Source: a virus
DNA: 64,000 bases
Reading direction: 5' to 3' (one strand)
Virus record (IMG/VR): IMGVR_UViG_3300036944_000898
Coordinates: 1-64,000 of that record
Shown piece by piece: positions 26,383 to 37,500 of this stretch. The notes under the pieces are model-generated. The model searched no databases. It had not been told where the DNA came from and saw only the letters and a program-made list of their open reading frames with translations. Position 1 is the first letter of the stretch; every line of letters starts with the position of its first letter. A program made the translations under genes and the position numbers.

Positions 26383-29300
26383 TTATTTATTTATTAATGA
26401 ATATCTTTGTTTATATGTATTCATAAATAATGATTTACCAGGTGCTAATTTAAAAGCATGGTTTAACATTATATTTTCATCTTTAGAATTTTCACTTAAC
26501 CAATCAAGATAACTTTCATTATCTTTAGGATTAAAATTAATAGGTGTCATAATATCGTTTATTACAGTAAATCCGTTTTGTAAAAACCTATTTGCTGCAA
26601 CAGGATTACTAATCATTCTATTTAACTCGGCAATATTTCTAAATTGAGAAAGTTCAGATTCTAATCTTCTAAATGCAAATAATAAAAAATATAGTTCATC
26701 ATCATCACCTGCATTAGCCGCCATTATAGCTCCTAAAAGTGGTAATATGATAGCTGTCATGGATACTTCAAAAAATACTTGTTTCAAATTAGCTTTTTCA
26801 TAATCAGAAAGATTTTTAAAATTTTCCTTAGTCATTTGTAAATTTAAATGTCTAATTAAAGGAAAAAACGTTCTAACAAAAGTAGTATAAATACCTTCTG
26901 TAAATTCTTGTTCTGCATTATTAAATGTTAAGTCTTCATCATCTAATTCATCTTTAGATTTATTTGCTGTACCTATACCTTTATATCTATATTGTGCTTG
27001 TGATAAAAAGAAGTTTTTAAACATTAAAGCCATTTTACCATACCATTTTTTAGATATTTCAGCTTTCATATTGTTATCATAAACACCATATAAATCTTCT
27101 ACTTTTTTCTTTAATAAATAGTTTATAGATTGTTTTCCTGATGTGTGATAATTATCAACTAAATTATATTCAGAATATGTAAAATAATCTTTTGTTTTTA
27201 AAATACCATTATCATCTAAATATAACATATCAAATATAGAAGCGGCATTTTCTTTAGTTGTAATATTACCTTCTTTATCAATATATTTATGTTCTTTATT
27301 CATAACAGGTATTGAACGTAACATTGCTTCTGTTAAAATAGAATTTAACCCGTGTTCTACAGATTCATTAATAAAATTAGTATTATGTAAAGACATCATT
27401 TCTTTAATAGTACTATTATTAAGAAAATCTTGTTTATTAATATTCATTCCACCAATAATATCGAACATATTTAACATTTGATTATGAAATGATTTTTTAA
27501 CAGGATTGGAAATATCTGCCATAATTTTAGGTAAATTTGCAGTATAATTTGCTTCAGCTTTAGCTAAATTTGATTTATTAATATATTTTCCACCAATTCT
27601 TAACATAAGCATCATAGTTTGACCATTAAGAAAATTGACAAAACCACTACCTATATTCAAAGACATACCTACAAAAGCAGCAGCTCCATTAATTCTAGAT
27701 GTTAATTTATTAGCATCTAAACTTCCAAATAATTTTTCTTCATTATAAGAAGTTACATCATATAAAGCTGTTTCTAGTATACCTTTGATTTTTTCTGCTT
27801 CATTACTAAATTCACCTGAGAATGTTTGACCTTGAACTTCTTCTTTTGAAAATATATTTTTAGCCCATTTACCAGAAAGTAAAGATTTCTTTTTATATTC
27901 TTTTTCTTTAGCAATATCTAAAAATAATTTTAATTTATTTTCATTAGCTGAACGATGTTTAAATGAAATAGAGTTAGATTCTTCAGCTCTATATACTGTA
28001 AATAAATCTAAAGACTGATCTTTAGATTCTAATTTACCTCTAAAATTAATTTGTACACGTTTAAGTTCTTCTCCTCTGTTATCAAAAGCTTGACCATAAT
28101 TTATATCGTCAACTTTAGTTTCTTTTAAATCAGTCCAAGCATCTTTAGCTTGACCTTTAAAATCACCTTCTAAAGTTCTTTCTTTTGCAGATTTAGTTTT
28201 AGATGGTAATTTATAATATTCTGCACCAAAAAATGTAGAATATAAACCACCTTTACCTTTATAATTTAATTCATGATTACTTTTAGTTTGTGTTCTAAAA
28301 AAATCTAAAACTTTTTCTTCTTCAGTAGATAATGGTTTATTTAAATATTTATTAGAAGGTTTTCTATTACCTAATTCATCAAACATAGTGTTATTTTTAA
28401 TCCATTTTTTATATTCAGGATCTTCTTTAACATTAAAGTCTTCATTATCTTTATTTTTTTCATTTAAAGAATTTAACATTTTATTGTAATCTTCTTTAAA
28501 TTTAATAGAATATTTACTTTTTAAATAATATCTATCTTCAGATTTATTTAACTCTAGTAAATTACCATATTTTTTAGACATTGAAACTGAATTATTAAAA
28601 TCAGAATATGATTTAAATATTTTATCATACTTAAAATTAATTGCAGTAATATCTTTTAATATAACATCTCTCATTTTACCAACAACATTAGCCATCATAT
28701 TTATTAAAGGACTATTAATATTTAATAAATCAGACCAAGTTTTAGCAAAACTTGTAATATCAATATAAGGATTATTTATTATACTTTTAGCAGCATCTTC
28801 TAAATCTTTTTTAATAGCTTCAGCATATTTATTAGACATTTGACTACCAACCCATTCTAATTTAGATTCTTTAGGATTTGTTAATTTATCATACTCTAAT
28901 GATAATTTATTTTTCCATTTGTTAATAACTTTTTTATTTGTTGAAGCATCTGAAAATAATTTAATTGCAGATTCTTTTTTAAGTTTTTTAATTTTAGCAA
29001 TTAAATCATCATGTGGTTTTGAAAGCTCATTTATTTTAGTTTTTATAATTCTAATTTCTAATTTATCTTCACGACTTAATGTTGAATCTTTTAATGTATC
29101 ATCAATTAATGATTTTATATCATCTAATAAATCATATGAAGCTAAATAATCTTCATAATTATTTGCGACATCTAAATAATCTTTATTAGATAATTGAGTA
29201 ATAGATTCATTTTCAATATTATTGTATAATTCAGAATCTACAATAAATTTATTAGCTTTAAAAAATGTTTTATCTACAGTATCTTTAACATCTTCAGGAA

Positions 29301-31218
29301 TTATAAATTCTCCTTTTTCATTTTTAAAACCATCAAAGTTTTTTACTTTAATATGTTTTTCTCCATTATAAACAACATCGATAACTTTAAATTTATTTTC
29401 TAAACCTTTTTCTAATTTATAAATTGCATTTTTAAAAGAAACCATATAAGCAGTAATAGCTTTAAATTTATTTAAACCAGATAACCTTTCTAATTCATTT
29501 TCTAAAACTCTAAATTCTTCTAAAAATTCTCCCGCTTTTTCTTTATTAGATTTTTTAGTTCTATTAATTAACTCAGCAATTTTACTTTTAGCTTTATTAA
29601 CTAAATGTTCAGCTTTTTTATCAATAGTTTCTAATTCATATGTTTCAGACGGTTCAATCTGTTTTTCAAATATTAATTGTTTTTGACTAGACATACCTTG
29701 ATAATCTCGTCTATCTGATTCTACAAAATCAATTACTTTTTCAATTAAATCATTAGTTTTTTTAGATTTAACTAGACCAAACAATCTTCTAATAGCATTT
29801 ATAAAATTATCCCAAAATCTATATCTTTTTTGTTCATCTAATTTTTTTAATTCAGCTCTAAATTTTGGATTAGCATATATTTCAGATACAAATTCAAATT
29901 TATTTGTAAAACCATAAAATCTTTCTTGACCATAAGTTTCAATATTTTGGTCAATTTGTTTTTGAAGATCATTGTGTGAAAATACATAATACGCTCTTTC
30001 AATAAAATTATTAAATTCTTTTTCTTCAAATGTTTGAGGATTTTTTAAAGCTTGTATTGTTTGAGCGTGAGCTAATTCATGTAAAAAACCTTCAACAACT
30101 TCTTTAGTTGTTATATTTTTAATTCTATTTCTACTTATTTGAATTGTGTTTGTATTATTTACAATTTGCATTAAAGTATTTTTATTACTTAATTGTTCAT
30201 CAGATACAAATTGAAATTTAGCACCAGTTCTACCAACTAATTTTCTAGCTTTTTGAATTAATTCTTTACCTTCTGGAGTAAAATCATTAAAATTATTAAG
30301 AATATTTTCAAGAATTTCATCTACAGTAATCTTACCTTGTTTATTATTAAATAAAATTTTATTATGTTCAGAAATATAATCTTTTTTTAATTGATTTACT
30401 TTATCTTCTATAAATAAAACACCTTTTAATAATCCTTTTTTAATTATATTTTCACTAAATATAGATTCGTTTTCTTCAGATTCAAATTTAGATAAATCTT
30501 TTTTAGTTGTTTCTTTATCATCTAAAACATCTTTAAAAGGCGCTTTATTTAAATAACTTTGTAAATTATATTCTTTTATTCTTTCTTTCCAACTTAAAAT
30601 ATGTTCAGAATTTAATCTAAAATTATTAGATTCATTTTCTAAATATTCATCTTCCATTGCATCAAATTCAGCATCTTCCATTGCCCAAGCCATATTAGAT
30701 GCTTTTTTAATATCATATTCTGATAAATTTGGAAAAACTTCTTTTAATATTTCTAAAAGATTATTATAATTTTGCAAATGTTTATTTTTAGTTTCTTCAT
30801 CAGAAGAATCTTTTGAAAATCTATAAGAATCTGCTAATTGGGCAAATACTCTAGTTGGTAATTTATTAAAAGCATTTTGAGAAATATATTTAGCTCCTTT
30901 TTCATTTGGATAAGGTCTAATTGTATTAGTTTCATCATATTCTTCTTTTGTTAATCTCGGATTATCTAATACAATATTATCTATAAAAATTTTAACATCA
31001 TCTCTATTAGATAAAGATTGTATTTTATTTTCTAAAGATTCTGAAATATTAGTAAATATTTTTTTAGATTGATTTAATTCATCAATAGTAGGAAATCTAT
31101 CTTCTATATTATTTTTACTTTGCCACAAACCTATTTTTGCAGCAGCAACAACAGGAGAAACATTTAATTCTCCTGCTATTTTAGCTACATCTGGATGATT
31201 TTTATTTATACAACTCAT
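26383..31218 (-). CDS. giant virion/ejection-type protein with zincin HExxH motif and C-terminal membrane segments
   Basis: 1611-aa ORF. FLHELAHAQT is encoded at 30067-30081. Hydrophobic stretches occur near the C-terminus (..AIILPLLGAIMAANAG..). Confidence 0.6.
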   Translation of the reverse strand: MSCINKNHPDVAKIAGELNVSPVVAAAKIGLWQSKNNIEDRFPTIDELNQSKKIFTNISESLENKIQSLSNRDDVKIFIDNIVLDNPRLTKEEYDETNTIRPYPNEKGAKYISQNAFNKLPTRVFAQLADSYRFSKDSSDEETKNKHLQNYNNLLEILKEVFPNLSEYDIKKASNMAWAMEDAEFDAMEDEYLENESNNFRLNSEHILSWKERIKEYNLQSYLNKAPFKDVLDDKETTKKDLSKFESEENESIFSENIIKKGLLKGVLFIEDKVNQLKKDYISEHNKILFNNKQGKITVDEILENILNNFNDFTPEGKELIQKARKLVGRTGAKFQFVSDEQLSNKNTLMQIVNNTNTIQISRNRIKNITTKEVVEGFLHELAHAQTIQALKNPQTFEEKEFNNFIERAYYVFSHNDLQKQIDQNIETYGQERFYGFTNKFEFVSEIYANPKFRAELKKLDEQKRYRFWDNFINAIRRLFGLVKSKKTNDLIEKVIDFVESDRRDYQGMSSQKQLIFEKQIEPSETYELETIDKKAEHLVNKAKSKIAELINRTKKSNKEKAGEFLEEFRVLENELERLSGLNKFKAITAYMVSFKNAIYKLEKGLENKFKVIDVVYNGEKHIKVKNFDGFKNEKGEFIIPEDVKDTVDKTFFKANKFIVDSELYNNIENESITQLSNKDYLDVANNYEDYLASYDLLDDIKSLIDDTLKDSTLSREDKLEIRIIKTKINELSKPHDDLIAKIKKLKKESAIKLFSDASTNKKVINKWKNKLSLEYDKLTNPKESKLEWVGSQMSNKYAEAIKKDLEDAAKSIINNPYIDITSFAKTWSDLLNINSPLINMMANVVGKMRDVILKDITAINFKYDKIFKSYSDFNNSVSMSKKYGNLLELNKSEDRYYLKSKYSIKFKEDYNKMLNSLNEKNKDNEDFNVKEDPEYKKWIKNNTMFDELGNRKPSNKYLNKPLSTEEEKVLDFFRTQTKSNHELNYKGKGGLYSTFFGAEYYKLPSKTKSAKERTLEGDFKGQAKDAWTDLKETKVDDINYGQAFDNRGEELKRVQINFRGKLESKDQSLDLFTVYRAEESNSISFKHRSANENKLKLFLDIAKEKEYKKKSLLSGKWAKNIFSKEEVQGQTFSGEFSNEAEKIKGILETALYDVTSYNEEKLFGSLDANKLTSRINGAAAFVGMSLNIGSGFVNFLNGQTMMLMLRIGGKYINKSNLAKAEANYTANLPKIMADISNPVKKSFHNQMLNMFDIIGGMNINKQDFLNNSTIKEMMSLHNTNFINESVEHGLNSILTEAMLRSIPVMNKEHKYIDKEGNITTKENAASIFDMLYLDDNGILKTKDYFTYSEYNLVDNYHTSGKQSINYLLKKKVEDLYGVYDNNMKAEISKKWYGKMALMFKNFFLSQAQYRYKGIGTANKSKDELDDEDLTFNNAEQEFTEGIYTTFVRTFFPLIRHLNLQMTKENFKNLSDYEKANLKQVFFEVSMTAIILPLLGAIMAANAGDDDELYFLLFAFRRLESELSQFRNIAELNRMISNPVAANRFLQNGFTVINDIMTPINFNPKDNESYLDWLSENSKDENIMLNHAFKLAPGKSLFMNTYKQRYSLINK

Positions 31219-31221
31219 ACA

Positions 31222-31575
31222 TTATTTTTTTAAAAATCTTAATTTATATAAAGTAGATGAAAGTAATTCAATAATATCATCACTAATTTGTTGAAGATAA
31301 CCATCTTCCAATGTTAATCTATAATCTTCTACAGATTTAACACATTCTTTTAAATATGGTATAATTTCAACACCTTCTTTTAAAGTTATTTTATAACCTG
31401 TTATTATTTTATATTTACCTTGATAAGATTCTATAAATCTATCTCTTAACTCAACTATTTCTTGATATAAATCATTCAAAGCCATATGATCTGAAAATTT
31501 ATCAGTCTGTAAATGAGCTATATGACTATTTATTTCTATATCAAATAGTAAACTTGCAAATTCTTGTATTTTCAT
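31222..31575 (-). CDS. small four-helix, Dps/ferritin-like protein
   Basis: SHIAHLQTDKFSDHMALNDLYQEIVELRDRFIE resembles the Dps H..W...G..F..H..F..Y..D..E pattern. ATG at 31575 overlaps the upstream TAA (TAATG). The track TTG start at 31584 is less likely. Confidence 0.4.
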   Translation of the reverse strand: MKIQEFASLLFDIEINSHIAHLQTDKFSDHMALNDLYQEIVELRDRFIESYQGKYKIITGYKITLKEGVEIIPYLKECVKSVEDYRLTLEDGYLQQISDDIIELLSSTLYKLRFLKK

Positions 31576-34500
31576 TATAAACAATTTTCAATTATGTGTT
31601 CTCTTTCTTCATTATTCATAGAATTAAAATCAGCTTCAGTTCTACCAGATTCAATCCATTTATCTTTAATTTCTTCCCAAAGTTGCTTATCTTGTTCAAG
31701 TTGATCAAATAAAGATAATTGATTAGGATTTTTATAATTTTTTAAAACATCTTCTTCTGATAATAAATTAAAATCTTTTGTATTTAAAAATAATCGTAAA
31801 GCTTCTTTTTCTTCAATTGATTTAGCTTTAATATAATCTTCATAAATATCTTTAATTGACATCTGACTATAATCATAACCATTATTATCTTCCTCTACAT
31901 AATAATTTGTTAAAAATTCTGTTTCAGATCCATTTTCTAAAACTCTTTCAGGATTATTAAAAGCTTCTTCAATATTATCTTTTGTAATAGTTTCACCTAA
32001 AACATTATCTAAATCTTTACCATATTGTTCTTTACTTAATAAAGTAAATTTATTTTTAGGATTTAAAAGTTGTTCTTTAATATTATTATCATCAATTTGT
32101 TTAAAAAATTCATCAGAATATTTAATAACTTCAGATTTAACTTCTTGTTTAGTTTCAATAGATTGTTTAATTTCTTGTTCTTGATTAACAATAGGTTGTT
32201 CTGTTTTTAACATATTTTCATCAAAGTTATTTAAATCTAATTCTACGTTATAATTATTAGATACAGGTGTATTTTTGATTTTAACATATATAAATTTATC
32301 TGTTTTAGATATACCAACTAATCTATAAAATTCTTCATTAACTTTAATAAATTGACCTTTATTTGTTGTAGATTGTAATACAAATTTATTATTAAGAGTT
32401 TCTTTTAAATCTGAATCAAAAACATTTTTAACAATACTTGTATCTGTTAAATTATTAAGATAAAATTTATTTTCAAATTCTTCAAAATTAGATTTATTAA
32501 ATATATCTTTAACTTTATTATTAATATTTAATTTAATAAAATATTGATAAGGAATATAAGAATAAAATTGAGTTCTATTTGAATTAAATCCTGAAGTTAA
32601 AAAACTATATTTAACTAATTGTTCTGCAAAATCTGGGTGATCTTCAAATAATTGTTCCCAAGAATTAGTAAATAATCTTTGAAATTCTAAAGATCTATCA
32701 GAATTATTTAAACCAATTTTATCATTAGAAATATTAAGGTTGTCTATTATAAAATATTTATCTTTAACATCTTCTTTAAAATTTTGTAAAGTTTTATGAG
32801 TATTATCTAATATATTTTCTTTTTCAGTATCTTGTATATCAAAAACTTTAGAATAAATATATGTTTTAAATTGTCTTGATAATTTTTCATAAATTTCTTC
32901 TTTTTTAGAATAAGATTTAGTTATATCATCGACCATAACACTTAACAGATTTCTAACATTTTCATTAGACATTGGAAACATTGAAGAATTTTTTTCTAAA
33001 ATATCTTTAATTTTTAAAAGATTATTATAATATTTAGATAAAATAGTATTTTGTAACTTAGAATCAAATCCTTTTATAATACCTTTAATAGGTTTATTAT
33101 TTTCATCTGTAGTTTTTTCACTATTTATTTTAATTTCATCAAGTAAACTTTCTAAATAGAATATTCCATTTGGATCTTTACCAACACCATTAACATCTAA
33201 TTTACCAAAATCAACAATAGTTTTTAAATTTTTACTAGAATTTTGAATATTTCTAAATTCATTCAATAATGTGATTTGAAAATTTAAATTAGTATTTTTT
33301 TCATTTTTAATTTGATTTCTAAAATATTGTAAATCTAATTTAAATTCACCATACTGACTTATCATTCTATCAAATAAATTTAAAGATTCTGGTTTATAAA
33401 CTTGATTATAAAAACTAGAAGCTAAATTAAAAAATTTATTATAATCTTCTTCACTATTATTTAAACGTTTAATAACTTCAGTTTTTACATTATCTCTTTT
33501 CTTTAATATATCAACATTATCTTCTAATTCTGAAATATTTAAATCATTAAAATATTGTACATATAAGGATGAATAAATTGGTTTACCACCTTTTTCTTCA
33601 TCACCAATAAAATCTTGAATAATAAATTGTTTAAACTTATTAAAAGTATCACCTGATTGATTATCAAACAATCCTTCATTATCTTGTTGATATTGATTGT
33701 ATCTTGAAATAATAGGATTTGCTAAAAAATTTACTACATATAACGGATGTACACCCATTCTAATCATTAAATTACCTACATTAGTAGTAGATGTAGTCCA
33801 GTTACCTTTTGAAATATAAGGATCTTTAGCAATATCCACAAAAGCATTAAGAATAGTTCCTAACGTTTCACCAATTTTAACTTTTTTAATTGTTTTTTTA
33901 AATTCTTCAATTCTTTCTTTTGGTGCTTTTGAATCAATCATTTCAGAAACATAATAGTTTAAATCTTCTTCAGATAATTCTTCAGAATATTCCATATCTA
34001 ATTCAGTTTCTTTATTAATCATATTATAATTACCCCAAGTGAAATTAGCTAAATTTGAAATTATTAATTTACCAGTTCTCCAAATATCAGTCATAGCATT
34101 AGCTTCCATACCAACACCTGCTTTACCACCTAAAAAAGAATATCTTAATTTAACATCATCTCTAGGATTCATAGCATTCATAAAAGAATTAGATTCTTCA
34201 GGTTTTAAATTATTTATTTCTTTTTTAATGAAATCATTATCAATAGATTTCATTAAATCACTATATACTTCAGGATTAGTTAATACTGATTTATATATTT
34301 CAATAAGTTTATTTTGCTCACCTTTAGCTCCTTTTGTAGAATATTGTAAACCTGTTGTTGTAAAATTTAAATCTTTAAATGTTAATTTTACTTGTTTAGA
34401 TTCTGAATTATTAACAATAAAATTAATTAATTCTTTTCTTATATTTCTTAAAAATAAAGTTTTATCTTCTTTATTTTCAACATTATTATATTCTGAAATA

Positions 34501-37500
34501 AAATCACTAGATAAAACGTCATTATCTATATTATCAAATTTATCTAAAAACTTTTTATAATTAGATAATGTTTCTTCATTATTTATTCCTCTTAAAACTT
34601 TTTCAACTTGTTCAAATACTTCCTCTTCTTTATGTACAACTTGCTCATATTGAGGAAACATTACGTACATTTTATCAATATCATAATCTGAACCTGTTTT
34701 AGAAGTAATACCAACATAAGCTACAATTGTATCACCTGCTGATTCAGGAAGTATTCCTGCAATTTGTAATGAATCATTTGATGGTAATCCTTGATTAGGA
34801 ATTCTATAACCAATAATATTTTCTTGAATTCTTTTATCTATAATAGGATGTCCTCCATTATAACTTATAAATAATTCATCTACAGTAAAATCTTTCCAAT
34901 TAGGAATATATTTAGCTATAAATGATGCTGGTACAAACACACTACCTGGTGTTACATTTCTAGAACCATCTTCATTAGTTCTAATCATTGGTGGATTTAA
35001 ACCTTTAATATTTGGATTTAATATAATACCACTTTTACCTTGTTTAATATTATTATAAGTTAAACCAAAGTCTGCCATTTGAATAAATGAACCACCATTA
35101 GTTTGAATTTTAATAACACTTTTATTAATCATACTAGCAAATATTTGAAATATTTTACCAGTTGTTTGAGGTATTCCAAACAAAGAAGTTTCAGCTTCTA
35201 ATGCTTTAATAACATTTTCTGAACCACCTCTAGATTTTAATTCACTAATTAATGATTTATAAAATCTTTTAGTATTAATAATATTTCCTTTATCATCAAT
35301 ACCTGCTTTACTGATTAATCTTTTATATCCTTCATCACTTAAATTACCAATAGTTTTAACTAATTCATCGTTTAATTCTTGACCTGTTATTTTTTTACCT
35401 TTATATGTAAAATTAGAATTATTTAAATAATGTTTAATACCCGCTAAAATATTTTTTTGAATTTGTGAACCTACATCTGTAGATTTAAAATTCTTAGTTG
35501 GTAAATCTTGTTGAAGTTTCCAACCATGATTATTTAATGTTTGAACATTAAAAGATAATTGTTCGTTAGGTAAGAGATTACCATTATTATCGTGTATTTT
35601 AGTAGGTGTTATTGAACCAACTTTAACACCATCAAAAGTAATTAATTCTTGTATTTGATCTTTATAATCTAAAGTTTCACCTTTATCATTTTTAGTCATT
35701 TTATCAAAAACTCTTTCTAAGTCAGTACCTTTAATTAAAGACTTAGATAATACAGCTTGAGAATATTTTAAATATGTAGGTTTACCATTTATTTTATAAA
35801 AATAAACACCTTTTAAAGGTTGTGCTGCTACTTTTAATTCTTCTTTGGTATATATTTCATTTTTATCAAAATTCATTTTTTTAAATACACTATCGTGTAT
35901 TTCAGACCATTCTCCTAATCTTTGTTTAAGAAACTTCCATCTTTCAGGTGTAATCCATGCTTGAGCATCTGTACTATTAATATCAGACAACATTTCTATT
36001 GTATGTTCATCTATTCCATTAATTTCATTATCTTTCTTTAAAGCTTCTAAAAATGGACTATCTTGTATTACTGCTTCTATTGTAGCAATATTAAAAGATT
36101 CTTCACCTGGTTTTAAAATTAAATATTTACCATCAGTATATGTAGCAGGTACTCTCTTTTTAAAATCTACAGAATCTTTATAGTAAGAAACATCACCAGT
36201 AAATAATTTACTAAATTCAATATTATTAGAAATACCATTAATCATATAATCAATAGCCATTTTAGTAATAGCATTACTTATACCGTTTGGTGTATTACTT
36301 TGAGTGTATTCATCTAAAATATTAATATCTAGTAATTTATTAATATAAAGACTATTTTCTACTTTAATTAAACCTAAACTTAACATTTCTTTTAATGTTT
36401 TTCTAGCTTCAAATGTAATCATTGTTTGAAGATAATTATTAAATTTATCTTCTAAACCTATTTTATTTAAAGTAAAATCAGTTAAATCTTTAATTTTTAA
36501 AGTACCATTACTATTGTAAATAATATCTACTATTTCTTTTTCAATATTGGATTTAGCACTACCATTATTTAACTTATCAAAATATTGTGATTTAAAAGCA
36601 TTACCATTAAAAAATTCTATTGATTTTGGATTTTCTAAAAATTTTTTATAATTATAATGATAATGTGGTGTTAATTTAGAATAATCATTATTTTTAATTG
36701 CTTCTTCAACTTCTTCTTTAGCGACTAAAGCTCTTTTTAATTCAGATAAATAATAATTAAAATATGTTTTTTTAACTTCATCTGACAATTCAAACTCATC
36801 TAATTCAACATTATATCCTACAAAACTTTTTAATCTTTTAATTAAACTTTTAAAAGTAAATTCTGTAGATTTATCAGCTTGTGTAATTGTTCTTACAAAA
36901 CTTTGAGTTTTTAAAACAGAATTAATATTATTAATAAAATAATCTTTAAAACTTAAATCTGTTGTTTTTTTAAATTCATCTTTAGTACCAGATAAAGTTA
37001 TTTCACCAAGTATTCCAAGTTTTACTTTTTCAAGATTAGCTCTACCTATTTCAACAAGTTCTTTAAATGATTTGTCTTTATTTTTAGAATCTTTTAATTC
37101 AAACCATTCTTCTACCCATCTAGAGCTTTCTTGATATGGGTCATTATAATAGTTTTTTAATAATATAGATGGATCTTTTTTCCATCTTTCTAATTCCATA
37201 TGTAAATGAGAAGGATTACTAAAAACCCATCTTTTTTCTCCACCAATTCTTAAATTAACATCAGACATATCGTTATTAATAAAAGCTTGTGCTCTTATTA
37301 ACTTGTTAATTTCATCAGTAGATTGAAATGTTTTACTAATATTTATTTCAAGTTTTAAATTATCATTAATATTTTTTAATACATAATTATCTAATTTTGA
37401 AATAAGATTGTTAATTTTATTAAAAATTTCAATTCTATCTTTTTCTGAAAGTTCTTTAAGATTTGTATTTAATGGAAAATCTAAGTAATAATTAAAAGCA

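Noticed and set aside
31576-31584. TTG-initiated N-terminal extensions given by the track for ORFs 31222..31584 and 55000..55716
   Set aside because: The first codons are TTG. In-frame ATGs at 31575 (TAATG coupling) and 55689 are better placed, and the 55716 start lies inside a terminator hairpin.
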